Part shown: one piece after another, positions 30,752 to 40,244 of the stretch | Numbering within the stretch: position 1 is the stretch's first letter | Layout of the letters: every line of letters begins with the position of its first letter | Source: Parcubacteria group bacterium | Lineage (GTDB): Bacteria; Patescibacteriota; Minisyncoccia; UBA10092 | Reading direction: 5' to 3' | DNA: 64,000 nt | Assembly (NCBI GenBank): GCA_016186325.1 | Contig: JACPLW010000002.1 | Coordinates: forward strand, 66,290-130,289 | The notes under the pieces: model-generated | Databases searched by the model: none | Seen by the model: the letters and a program-made list of their open reading frames with translations, nothing else | What the model was told of the DNA's origin: nothing | Translations under genes and position numbers: made by a program

Positions 30752-31012
30752 TTACAATTTATTGACGATTTTGGTTAGACGGGATTTCATTCGACTGGCG
30801 GTGTTCTTTTTAAGAAGATTATTTTTTACTGACTTGTCCAGAGCCTTGTAAACTTTTGGCAAGAACTCGATCGCGCCCTTTTTAGCTTTGGCTGTTATTA
30901 GTTTTTTTAGCGCCGCAAGCTCGCCTTTAAGAAGGCGTGATTTATTTAGATTATTCTTTCGTTGCCTTTTGTTTTTTCTTAAGGCCTTTTTAGCCGCTTT
31001 TGTTATTGGCAT
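30752..31012 (-). CDS. rpsT: 30S ribosomal protein S20
   Basis: MPITKAAKKALRK...LDK...KKNTASRMKSRL. Confidence 0.95.
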   Translation of the reverse strand: MPITKAAKKALRKNKRQRKNNLNKSRLLKGELAALKKLITAKAKKGAIEFLPKVYKALDKSVKNNLLKKNTASRMKSRLTKIVNKL

Positions 31013-31021
31013 GTTTTTAAT

Positions 31022-31138
31022 AATTTTCAATTTCTAATTTTCAATTTTCAATCAATGATTTAATTTTTAATTTTCAAACGTTTGAAAACTGGGCTATTGA
31101 AAATTCAATGAAAATTGTAAATTGAGAATTGTAAATTG
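31022..31138. repeat. Inverted heptamer array, copy B
   Basis: Near-identical arms to 25969-26097. Confidence 0.8.
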
Positions 31139-31211
31139 ATTATATATACATATACGCTCTATTTCTAATTTTGGCAAGTTTCGGGTACACTTAAATTGAA
31201 AGAAAAATTAT

Positions 31212-31790
31212 ATGATCTCTTATCTTGAAGGGAAAATTTTAGAAAAAGATGGCAAGTTTTTCACGGTCAACGTAAATGGCGTTGGCTATAAGGTTTTTTC
31301 TCATGACGGCGTTCTCCTAAAAATCCCGGAAGCCGGACACGATGTTAAGATCTGGGCCCATCTTTATGTTCGGGAAGATGCCCTTGATTTGTATGGGTTT
31401 TTAGACAGAGAAGAATTGGAATTTTTTGAAACTTTAATTTCTATTTCCGGCATCGGACCAAAATCGGCGCTGGGAATTTTGGAAGTGGCGCCGGTTATGA
31501 GCTTGAAGCAAGCAATTGTTTCCGAAGACGAGACTTTCTTTACCAAAGTGTCAGGCGTGGGTAAAAAAACGGCCCAGCGCCTAATTTTGGAGCTTAAAAA
31601 CAAACTATCCAAGACGGTGGCATCGGTGAAGGGCAGCGACTCGGAACAAATGGGTGAAGCGCTTGAGGCGTTAGTAAGCCTAGGTTATAATCAGCGGGAT
31701 GCCAGAAGGTCGCTTCAAGAAATTCCGAGGGACATTACGGGCGTTGAGGCCAAAGTTAAAGCGGCGCTTAAACTTTTGGGTAAAAAATAA
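31212..31790 (+). CDS. ruvA: Holliday junction branch migration protein RuvA
   Basis: VNGVGY, LYGF, SGIGPKSA, ALVSLGY. Confidence 0.97.
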   Translation: MISYLEGKILEKDGKFFTVNVNGVGYKVFSHDGVLLKIPEAGHDVKIWAHLYVREDALDLYGFLDREELEFFETLISISGIGPKSALGILEVAPVMSLKQAIVSEDETFFTKVSGVGKKTAQRLILELKNKLSKTVASVKGSDSEQMGEALEALVSLGYNQRDARRSLQEIPRDITGVEAKVKAALKLLGKK

Positions 31791-31887
31791 TTATCAATCC
31801 CGACGTAAAAGTCGGGACTCCGACCGAAACTCCGACGGTACCGTCGGAGAATGCGTCGGAGTTAAAAAAAGCAAGGATAATAGTAGT

Positions 31888-32091
31888 ATGAAAGACCATA
31901 ATCACGATTTAATTCATCATTTGTCGGAAACAATTGATAGCATTTGGCGGTATGATGAATACATAAAAAACGCGCAAGGTTGCGAGCATTGTACAAACTT
32001 GTGGGCGAAGCTGAAAGAAACAGATCAGGAAGCTGAAAAGATGCTTTTGGAAGAAATAAAACGGCACAGCGATGAAAAAAGATTCGACTAG
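31888..32091 (+). CDS. Small helical protein with CxxC (possibly ferritin-like)
   Basis: MKDHNHDLIHHLSETIDSIWRYDEYIKNAQGCEHC; AAGGA RBS upstream. Confidence 0.75.
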   Translation: MKDHNHDLIHHLSETIDSIWRYDEYIKNAQGCEHCTNLWAKLKETDQEAEKMLLEEIKRHSDEKRFD

Positions 32092-32092
32092 A

Positions 32093-32170
32093 CAAAAACA
32101 ACCCCGCAGCCCCGACGTTATAGTCGGGGCTCCGACCCCTTAAAGGCGTCGGAGCTGCGGGGTTGTTTTT
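32093..32170. terminator. Terminator hairpin expanded by an inserted CCGAC/GTCGG palindrome
   Basis: AAAAACAACCCCGCAGC...GCTGCGGGGTTGTTTTT. Confidence 0.7.
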
Positions 32171-32178
32171 TTTAATTT

Positions 32179-33477
32179 GTGCTCTATTCTTAAAATAGTT
32201 CGAACGCATTTTGCCGCCTGCGGTGGCGACGGCCAGCCCCCAAAAATTTGAGCGGCTTCGCCGCAATCTTTGACAATTTCAAGTTTTTGAATGATTTAAG
32301 TGTAAATCATTCCAGTAAATTTTTCAATGGAAAATGATTGAAAAATTTACTGCTTTGGCGGCAGATTCTTTAGCACTTTTACAAAATGAAAAGCCTCTCA
32401 CAGGGATTCGTCTTTAGCGAATATGTAAGAGGCCGGGTTAATAGGAGGTGATGTTGAAGTTACGTCACCGCGTAGATTCGCTCGACCTCTTCGCCGAGCC
32501 ATATGTTGATGACCAACTTGGACTTCTCGACGACTTCACGCAACTGCGGCATGAGTTCCGCCTCGAGTTCCTGCTCCAGTTCGCGTTGCTCATCCTCATC
32601 GCCTTCGGCGACCATGTCGAGCATCGGTTGGACGATAATCCTCTTGAGCACGTCGGCGTCCATGAACTTGTTCATCGCCTTCTTAGAGAGGGCGACGAAC
32701 TGCTTCTTGGTGAGCATCCGCCGCGTGATCTCGTCGGTCGCGTTCTCGAGCGCGAGAAGTTCGGTCGGTAGGATGCCACGTTCGGCCGCGAGGTCGAGCA
32801 CTGTCGTGACCCACCGCCAGTATTCCTCGTAGGGATTCTTGCGGGGCGGGACCATCGCATGCACCATCTCGAAGATGTTCTCGAACATCAACTTCTCGAG
32901 CATCTTGCGCTCCTCGGCTTCGAGTTCGACGCCCTCGGTCCTCGCGATCTCGTTGATCATTGAAGGGACGAATCGGACGAAATCCCGAGACGAAAGCAAA
33001 GGCGTTGTGCGCCGGTTCTGCTTGAGGCGACGAGCGAGCACGTCGGAGATCCAGTCCGCGAACTTGTTTTTGATCGCGATGGCCTCCGGCTTCTCCTCCT
33101 GGACCTCGTTGCCGAGTTCCTGTTGGAGGCGTACTTGAAACTTCATCTGCTTGCTTTGCTCCGCGTTGAAACGCGCGAGGAGCAACGACTTAAGTTCCGC
33201 CACGGTCATGGTTTTTTTCATCTAACTTTCCTCCTTTTTAAGGTTCAAATTTCCACTTATCTTAACATAATTACTTGCTTATATCAAGTCCACAAGATCG
33301 GGAATCACTAAACTAAAAAACAGAAATTCTCTAGAATTTCTGCAACAAATAGTGTGAAAAAATTTTCTTTTACTAATTCAAAACCGCCAATTGATTTTTT
33401 CGCCCAAAATTCCCTATGATTTGGTCGCCGAGCGAAGCGAGGCGAACCAAAACTCCTTGAAATTTCCTACGTGGTGC
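32179..33477. mobile_element. Degenerate island integrated at the 3' end of tRNA-Leu(CAA)
   Basis: GTGC at both ends; complementary recombinase-like ORF fragments at the two ends; GC-rich cargo gene. Confidence 0.55.
32460..33221 (-). CDS. Hypothetical helical protein with atypically high GC (horizontally acquired)
   Basis: 253-aa ORF with AGGAGG RBS; third codon positions dominated by G/C unlike neighbours. Confidence 0.8.
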   Translation of the reverse strand: MKKTMTVAELKSLLLARFNAEQSKQMKFQVRLQQELGNEVQEEKPEAIAIKNKFADWISDVLARRLKQNRRTTPLLSSRDFVRFVPSMINEIARTEGVELEAEERKMLEKLMFENIFEMVHAMVPPRKNPYEEYWRWVTTVLDLAAERGILPTELLALENATDEITRRMLTKKQFVALSKKAMNKFMDADVLKRIIVQPMLDMVAEGDEDEQRELEQELEAELMPQLREVVEKSKLVINIWLGEEVERIYAVT

Positions 33478-33557
33478 CGCGGGAGAGAGTCGAACTCTCA
33501 TGAGGTTGCCCTCAATGGATTTTGAGTCCATCGTGTCTGCCATTCCACCACCGCGGC
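33472..33557 (-). tRNA. tRNA-Leu(CAA) with encoded CCA
   Basis: GCCGCGG acceptor stem, GGAATGG D-loop, CAA anticodon, long variable arm, GTTCGA T-loop. Confidence 0.95.
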
Positions 33558-33644
33558 AATATTATGATACACTACCTTTTTTTAATCCCATTTTCAAGCA
33601 TTTTTAGCTGTTTTAATAAAGTAAAGTGTGGTAAAATTTAACTA

Positions 33645-34549
33645 ATGCGCATTGCGTGGAATAAAGGAGTAACTAAATATAAATCGAAACTCTGTGCTTG
33701 CGGTTGTGGTGAATTAGTTAAATTACATAAGTATCCTAAAATGATGGGAGCGGTTTCACATACTCAGTTAACCAGTTCGTTAAAGGGCACGAGAGAAAGG
33801 GGGTTGGAGGTTTTAATCCAGAGATTAATTCTCCGCGATTATGTCTTTGCGGTTGCGGTCAATATACTAATAAATGTGGTAGCAGATATCGTCGTTTTAT
33901 AAAAGGACATGAAAATATCGGCAGAACTGCTTGGAATAAAGGAAAACCTTTTTCTGCGGAGGTTAGGTATAAAATGAGAAGGGCTCGATTAGGAATAGAA
34001 CCGGCGAATAAAGTTTTTATTGATACCGACCAGTTACGTCGTCTTTACGTTAAAAATAAAAATAATGCCAGACAAGTAGCTCAAGAATTAGGTGTTTCGT
34101 ATAACTCAGTTAAGAATAGACTTCAAAAATTGGGGTGGGCGCGCTCAACAAAAGAATCCTGTTCAAATCCAAAGTTTAAGGAACAGATGCGCCAAATAAG
34201 AATTAAAACCTTAATCTCAAAACCAGTATTAGAGTCGCCGAATAGGCTTGAACAGGCAGTTTATAATACATTAGATGAACTTGGCGTTTTTTACCAAAAA
34301 CAAGTTCCTCTTTTCAATAAATTTGTAGTCGACATTCTATTTCCTCAAAATAATTTAGTCTTAGAAATATTCGGGAGATATTAGCATGAATTACCGGTAA
34401 ACAGGAAAAAGGATTTTTCAAAAAAGAAATATCTGCTTAAATGTGGTTATAAAGTCGATGAAGTTTGGGACGATGAAATTAAAAAAGTTGGAATTGCGCG
34501 GGCTCTTCAGTCGGTTTTAAATAAATATAGTCTATGGCCAAAGCAATAA
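33645..34549 (+). pseudogene. Disrupted NUMOD3-like/CxCGCG repeat + DUF559/Vsr-like endonuclease
   Basis: One -1 frameshift at ~33740 and an in-frame TAG at 34382 (GRY*H for GRYWH). Repaired ORF has two CxCGCG..F.KGH repeats, AWNKG motifs, an HTH and a Vsr-like C-terminus. Confidence 0.8.
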
Positions 34550-35304
34550 CAATTTGTAACGCCAAAGGCGGAGTCGGAAAGAGTACTACCGCCGTTAATC
34601 TTGGCGCCTATCTCGCAGCTTTGGGAAAATATGTTTTACTTGTTGATTTAGACCCTCAAGCCAATGCTACGGTCGGCCTGGGAGTAGATTGGCGCAAGCT
34701 TGAAAAACACATTTACCATTCGCTTATTGATTTTGAGAGTCCGGAGGGGATTATAAGAAAAACCGGCCTTTTCGGATACGACGTTCTCCCGGCCAATCCG
34801 GCTTTGGCCGGCGCCAATGTTGAACTTGTGAATTTGGAAAGGCGAGAATGGAGGCTTTATGATATTTTAAGGAAAATAAGAACCAATTATGATTACATTA
34901 TTGTTGATTCGCCGCCGTCACTAGGTCTTTTAACCTTGAACGGTCTGGTGGCAGCTGAAGAAGTCATTATTCCAGTTCAATGCGAGTATTATTCCTTGGA
35001 AGGCTTGGGCCAGCTTCTTGAAACAATTGAATTAATACGTAATAATTTAGGGCGGGATTTGAAAATCAAGGGCGCGCTTCTTACGATGCACGACAAAAGG
35101 CAAAAGTTAAGCCGGGAAGTGGTTAAGGAAATAAGAAGGAATTTCCCGGGTTATGTTTTTTCGGCAGTTATTCCCCGGTCGGTGCCGCTCGCCGAGGCGC
35201 CCAGTTTTGGCAGGACTATTCTCCAGCACGCGCCATTTTCTTTAGGAGGCCATTCTTATCGGGAACTGGCCCAAGAAATTATCAACTTAGATAAATCCCG
35301 TTAG
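34534..35304 (+). CDS. parA: Chromosome partitioning ATPase ParA/Soj
   Basis: KGGVGKSTT, DLDPQANAT, DSPPSLG, LAEAPSFG. Confidence 0.97.
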   Translation: MAKAITICNAKGGVGKSTTAVNLGAYLAALGKYVLLVDLDPQANATVGLGVDWRKLEKHIYHSLIDFESPEGIIRKTGLFGYDVLPANPALAGANVELVNLERREWRLYDILRKIRTNYDYIIVDSPPSLGLLTLNGLVAAEEVIIPVQCEYYSLEGLGQLLETIELIRNNLGRDLKIKGALLTMHDKRQKLSREVVKEIRRNFPGYVFSAVIPRSVPLAEAPSFGRTILQHAPFSLGGHSYRELAQEIINLDKSR

Positions 35305-35394
35305 AAACTTTACATTATCAGACAAACTTAGTGTAAAATAGCAACTATTAATATAATTATAATTAAGAAAAATCTAGTTAGGTTTCTAACGGGA
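35296..35394. mobile_element. ~100-bp TIR element, copy 3 (99 bp, TSD TAAA)
   Basis: TCCCGTTAGAAAC...GTTTCTAACGGGA flanked by TAAA/TAAA; supplies the parA stop codon. Confidence 0.88.
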
Positions 35395-35412
35395 TAAACA
35401 AAACAATCACAT

Positions 35413-36309
35413 ATGAGAAGTCTTGGCAGGGGTTTAGAATCATTAATCCCGAAAAATGATTCACAAAGTTCCGTACCACAGGGTTTATCAGATGAAAATC
35501 TTAAACAAAAAGAAAGCGTGTTTTTGATTGAGATTGATAAGATAAAAGAAAATCCCCAACAGCCGCGCCGCGGTTTTAATGAAGAAGAATTAAAATTACT
35601 TGCCGATTCCATCCGCGAGCACGGTATTTTACAGCCGCTTATCGTTACCAAACTCGAAGAAGAAAATCCGGCAGGTATAAAAGTTTTTTATGAACTTATA
35701 GCCGGCGAAAGGCGCCTTAGGGCGGCTAAAATAGCCGGACTTAACTTTATTCCGGCTTTGATCAGGAAAAAAACCGAAGAACGGAACAAACTGGAGCTGG
35801 CTTTGATAGAGAACATACAAAGGGCGGATTTAAACGCTATTGAAAAAGCGAGAGGATACGAGCGGCTGGCAAAAGAATTCAATTTGGCTCAGCGGGAGAT
35901 CGCCGACAGGGTGGGGCAATCCCGTGAAGCGGTTGCCAACGCCATTAGACTGCTTCAACTGCCGGTTGAAATTCAAAGAGCAATTGAAACCGGAAAAATT
36001 TCAGAAGGTCACGGCAAAGCGATTTTAGCTCTTGACGATAATCAGCAATCGGCTTTTTTAAATGAAATTATTTCCAAAAACTTGTCGGTTAGGGCGGCCG
36101 AAAGTTTGGGCCGCCAAGTTAAGGGCGTTTCAAGAAAAATAAGGAAAAATATTGGCGATCCGGAAACAAAAGCCTTGGAATCGCGACTCGAAGAGTTCTT
36201 GGGAACTCGCGTTAAACTGGCCAAATCCGGCGGCCGCGGCAACATCTTAATAGAGTTTTATTCTCCCGAAGAACTCAACGCCATTTTAAACAAGATTTTA
36301 AAATATTGA
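35413..36309 (+). CDS. parB: Chromosome partitioning protein ParB
   Basis: LGRGLESL, NPQQPR, AGERRLRA, ALIENIQR. Confidence 0.97.
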   Translation: MRSLGRGLESLIPKNDSQSSVPQGLSDENLKQKESVFLIEIDKIKENPQQPRRGFNEEELKLLADSIREHGILQPLIVTKLEEENPAGIKVFYELIAGERRLRAAKIAGLNFIPALIRKKTEERNKLELALIENIQRADLNAIEKARGYERLAKEFNLAQREIADRVGQSREAVANAIRLLQLPVEIQRAIETGKISEGHGKAILALDDNQQSAFLNEIISKNLSVRAAESLGRQVKGVSRKIRKNIGDPETKALESRLEEFLGTRVKLAKSGGRGNILIEFYSPEELNAILNKILKY

Positions 36310-36328
36310 TAAATTTAAAATTGACATC

Positions 36329-38026
36329 TTAAATTTTATAACCCACTTCTTTCACGCTTTTAATCTTTTTTATCGCGAAGATAAGCTCTTCAAGTTTTTG
36401 TTTGTTTCTTGATTCAAGTGAAAAATTTAAGTAGTGATACGGATCTTTTCCTCCCTCGCTTTTTACCGAAAGAATATTTATCTTGTGAAAAGAAATCGCG
36501 TTAGTCACATCTTTCAAAATGCCGATGCGGTCGCGCACAACCACTCGCAATTTAATCGCGGGGATTATTTTCACGTTTTTATTTTCTCCGCCTATAGCGG
36601 AATTTTTTGATTTTATGGCGCTTTTTATTCTTTCTTTGGCTAAGTTTGTTTTCACAAAGCCAAGCCAATCTTCTGACGGCCTTTTATTTTTCTGAACTAA
36701 AATTTCCACTGCGTCTCCCGACTGGAGTTCGGTGTTTAGCGGTACTATTTTTCCATTTATTTTGGCGCCGGAGCATTCGTGGCCGATAGTGGTATGAACC
36801 TGATAGGCAAAATCAACCGGGGTCGCCCCTTCGGGGAGATCTAAAACGTCTCCTTTGGGAGTTAAAACAAAAATCCGGTCTTTGAAAAAATCGATTTTTA
36901 GCGATTCGAAGAATTCGTCCGTGCCACGGACGGCGTGTTGCCACTCCCGCAACTGTTCAATCCATAATAATTCTTTTTTCAATATTTCGGGGTTGCGATT
37001 GTTATATTGCTGTTCCTTATAAGCCCAATGGGCGGCAATTCCATTTTCGGCTTTGGCATGCATTTCCGGCGTTCGGATTTGGATTTCGGTTATTTTCCCC
37101 TCCGGCCCGAAGACAGAAGTATGCAAACTTTGATAGCCGTTTGGTTTCGGCATAGAAATGTAATCTTTAATAAGTCCCGGCACCGGTTTCCAGGTCTGGT
37201 GGATGGCGCCAAGGGTAAGATAACAGTCTTCAATATCTTTTACGATTATGCGGGCGGCGACAAGATCGTGGATTTTATCGAAATTCATCTGGTGGCGGAG
37301 CAATTTTTTATATAAGCTGTAAAAATATTTTGTCCGCGCGTTAATTTCTAACGGGGTTACGTTTTCCTTTTTTAAGATTTCATAAATAACTGGCGTGAGT
37401 TTTTTTATATAATTTTTACGCGTCTCGTACTTTTCTGACACTTCATTTTCCAAGTGGCCATACTCTTCCGGATACAGGTGCTTGAATGCCAAGTCCTCAA
37501 GTTGCCCTTTTAAGTCCCCCATTCCTAAACGATTGGCCAAGGGCGCGTAAATTTCCAAGGTTTCCAAAGCGATCTTTTTTTGATTCGTCTCTTCTAAAGC
37601 GTCCAAAGTCTGCATATTATGGTAGCGATCGGAAAGTTTTATTAGAATTACTCTAATGTCTTGTGCCATTGCCAAAAGCATTTTTCGTAAGTTTTCTGCT
37701 TTGCCTTCGACACCAATGTATTGGATTTTGTTAAGCTTAGTTACTCCGTTAACAAGGAAGGCAACGGCCTTCCCAAACTGCGCCTCAATGTCGCTAATGG
37801 TGTATTCGCTATCTTCAACCACGTCGTGAAGCAGGGCGGCAGCTATAGTTTCGGTGTCAAGATTCATTTTCGTAAGCGCCAGCGCTACACTTAGAGGGTG
37901 TTGAATATATGGTTCGCCACTCTCTCGTTTTTGTCCTTGATGGGCTTTCCACGCCAGTTCGTAAGCTCTCTTGATAAGAGCTCTTTCTTCCGAATTTTGA
38001 AAATAAGTAAGAATTTTTTCTAGCAT
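36329..38026 (-). CDS. relA: RelA/SpoT (p)ppGpp synthetase/hydrolase
   Basis: HD domain (LLHDVVED), KPNGYQSLH, TGS and ACT domains. Confidence 0.95.
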   Translation of the reverse strand: MLEKILTYFQNSEERALIKRAYELAWKAHQGQKRESGEPYIQHPLSVALALTKMNLDTETIAAALLHDVVEDSEYTISDIEAQFGKAVAFLVNGVTKLNKIQYIGVEGKAENLRKMLLAMAQDIRVILIKLSDRYHNMQTLDALEETNQKKIALETLEIYAPLANRLGMGDLKGQLEDLAFKHLYPEEYGHLENEVSEKYETRKNYIKKLTPVIYEILKKENVTPLEINARTKYFYSLYKKLLRHQMNFDKIHDLVAARIIVKDIEDCYLTLGAIHQTWKPVPGLIKDYISMPKPNGYQSLHTSVFGPEGKITEIQIRTPEMHAKAENGIAAHWAYKEQQYNNRNPEILKKELLWIEQLREWQHAVRGTDEFFESLKIDFFKDRIFVLTPKGDVLDLPEGATPVDFAYQVHTTIGHECSGAKINGKIVPLNTELQSGDAVEILVQKNKRPSEDWLGFVKTNLAKERIKSAIKSKNSAIGGENKNVKIIPAIKLRVVVRDRIGILKDVTNAISFHKINILSVKSEGGKDPYHYLNFSLESRNKQKLEELIFAIKKIKSVKEVGYKI

Positions 38027-38031
38027 TATAA

Positions 38032-40137
38032 CTAAATTTCAGTTTCTTTATCTTTATTTTCTTTGTCCTCCGACTCGTCTGCCAAAGCCTTGGCGTCGGT
38101 GGAATCTTTTGGCGAAGGAGGATTAGGGTTCTGCCAAGTGGCCCAGTCGCATTGCGGATAGCTCGAACAGCCCCAGAAAGTTTTTCCTTTTCTGGTCCGG
38201 CGCTTCACAATTTGGCCGGTGTCACATTTTTTGCAAGCCCCCAAATCTTCCTTGCCTTCCGTAGCTTCAGCGGAGGAGGGTTTTTCTAGGTTAGCGGTGT
38301 ATTTACAAGCCGGAAATCCGGTACAGGCGTAAAACTTTCCGTATCGTCCCATTCTGATAATCACCGGCTTTCCGCACTCGGGGCATTTAAGCTCTGTTGC
38401 TTCGGTTGCGAGTTCGCTTTTAGAAAGTTCGGTGCTTTTTTTATCGAGATTTTCTTTAAATGGTTCCCAAAATTCTTTGATAACAGGCTGCCACTTCTTT
38501 TTTCCATCGGCGATATCGTCAAGGTCTTCTTCCATCTTGGCAGTGAATTTAATGTCAACGACCTTGGGGAAATGAAGAACCAAGATGTCGCTTACCAAAA
38601 TACCAATATCAGTCGGCTTTAATCTTTTTTGTTCGTCTTTAATAACATAGCGGCGCGCCTGTATGGTCGCTAAAGTCGGGGCGTATGTTGAAGGCCGGCC
38701 GATGCCGTGCTCCTCAAGCGCTTTGATTAAACTAGCTTCGTTATATCGGGCCGGCGGTTCTGTAAAGTGTTGTTCCGATTTTAGTTCTTTTAGTTTCAAT
38801 TCCTCGTTTTCCAGAAGGTTTGGCAAGTTTGTTTCGGCAGTTTTCATCGGATAAACTTTAAGAAAACCGTCAAATTTTAAAACATTGCCGGTAGCTCGGA
38901 AAACATAATTTTCTTTGGATTTTCTTTCCGCGGAAATATCGGCCGATGTCGCTTCAAAAACTGCTGTCGGCATTTGAGTGGCTAAAAACCTTCTCCAAAT
39001 CAAGTCATAAAGCTTAAACTGTTGGGGTGTTAGTTTGTCTTTCAAAGAATCCGGGTTTGTAGAGGATTGAGTCGGTCGGACGGCTTCGTGCGCTTCTTGG
39101 GCCGATTTCGATTTAGTCTTAAAAATCCGCGGTTCCGGCAACAAATAATTTTTGCCGAACAACTTTTCTATTTCTTTAAAAGCAGCTGTGACGGATTCTT
39201 TGGAAAGGTTAACTGAATCTGTTCTCATATAGGTTATGAAACCGGTTTCATATAATTGTTGGGCGACTACCATTGTTTGTCTGGCACCAAAACCGAATTT
39301 TGAAAAAGCTGTCTGCTGAAGGGTGGAAGTGGTGAAAGGCGGAAGCGGCTGTCTTTTCATTTCTTTTTTTGTTATTTTTTCTACCGAATAATCGGCGCCG
39401 TCTAAGTCGGATATGATTTTTTTTGCATCATCCGCGGTTTTGATTCCAAACTTTTCCAATCTCTTTTCCCCGATTTTTATAAGATTAGCTAAAAATTCAC
39501 CTTCCTTTGAATTGGAAATTGGAAATTGAAAATTGGAAATTCTCGATTTACGCAGTACTGCGTAAATCGAGTGATATTCTTCCGGTTTGAAATTCAAAAC
39601 TTCTTTTTCTCGCTCAACCACGAGACGGACGGCTACCGATTGGACGCGGCCGGCCGATAATCCGCGGGCAACTTTTTTCCATAAGAAAGGGGAAAGCTTG
39701 TAGCCGACTAAGCGGTCAAGAATCCGCCGCGCCTGCTGGGCGTCTACCAGCCGCATATCAATTCCCCGAGGATTTTTCAGCGCTTCTTCTATCGCGGATT
39801 TGGTAATTTCATGAAAAACAATTCTCTCATGCGGTTTTTTTTCTAGGCCGAGAGCGCTCACAAGATGCCAGGAAATGGCTTCGCCTTCGCGGTCTTCATC
39901 TGTCGCTAAAATTACCTTTTCCGATTTTTTTGCCTCACTTTTGAGGTCGGCGACTCTCTTTTTGGCTTTCGGTAAAATTACGTATTGGGGTTCAAAGTTT
40001 TTTATAATATCAATTCCGAGTTTTTTTTCCGGTAAATCCCGAACATGGCCGTATGAGGATTCAACTTTAAAATCGCTCCCAAGGAATTGTGAGATGGTTC
40101 GGGCTTTAGTTGGCGATTCAACTATTACTAATTTCAT
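38032..40137 (-). CDS. topA: DNA topoisomerase I
   Basis: LVIVESP, DEDREGE, SAGRVQS, ITYMRTD, zinc ribbons. Confidence 0.98.
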   Translation of the reverse strand: MKLVIVESPTKARTISQFLGSDFKVESSYGHVRDLPEKKLGIDIIKNFEPQYVILPKAKKRVADLKSEAKKSEKVILATDEDREGEAISWHLVSALGLEKKPHERIVFHEITKSAIEEALKNPRGIDMRLVDAQQARRILDRLVGYKLSPFLWKKVARGLSAGRVQSVAVRLVVEREKEVLNFKPEEYHSIYAVLRKSRISNFQFPISNSKEGEFLANLIKIGEKRLEKFGIKTADDAKKIISDLDGADYSVEKITKKEMKRQPLPPFTTSTLQQTAFSKFGFGARQTMVVAQQLYETGFITYMRTDSVNLSKESVTAAFKEIEKLFGKNYLLPEPRIFKTKSKSAQEAHEAVRPTQSSTNPDSLKDKLTPQQFKLYDLIWRRFLATQMPTAVFEATSADISAERKSKENYVFRATGNVLKFDGFLKVYPMKTAETNLPNLLENEELKLKELKSEQHFTEPPARYNEASLIKALEEHGIGRPSTYAPTLATIQARRYVIKDEQKRLKPTDIGILVSDILVLHFPKVVDIKFTAKMEEDLDDIADGKKKWQPVIKEFWEPFKENLDKKSTELSKSELATEATELKCPECGKPVIIRMGRYGKFYACTGFPACKYTANLEKPSSAEATEGKEDLGACKKCDTGQIVKRRTRKGKTFWGCSSYPQCDWATWQNPNPPSPKDSTDAKALADESEDKENKDKETEI

Positions 40138-40146
40138 ATAAATTCA

Positions 40147-40236
40147 GATAAAAATAAAATTTAAAAATTGCTTAGCCCCATTCGCCTTCGGCGAACGGCT
40201 CGCCCCCACCTACAATTTTAAAATTTTATTTTTATC
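40147..40236. repeat. Inverted-repeat element between dprA and topA
   Basis: GATAAAAATAAAATTTAAAAATTG...CAATTTTAAAATTTTATTTTTATC enclosing TTCGCCTTCGGCGAA. Confidence 0.6.
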
Positions 40237-40244
40237 TTCATTCT

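Noticed and set aside
32448-33138. Several plus-strand ORFs over the GC-rich gene
   Set aside because: Expected shadows in high-GC DNA; the minus-strand ORF has the RBS and a plausible composition
34382-34384. Possible stop-codon recoding (TAG in the Vsr-like gene; code 25)
   Set aside because: The same gene also has a frameshift, core genes are uninterrupted, and TGA and TAG both terminate real genes here
37344-37357. Lone ATTTCTAACGGGGT matching the TIR of the ~100-bp family inside relA
   Set aside because: No partner TIR ~100 bp away, no TSD, and the protein (VTPLEI) shows no evident insertion; chance match or remnant
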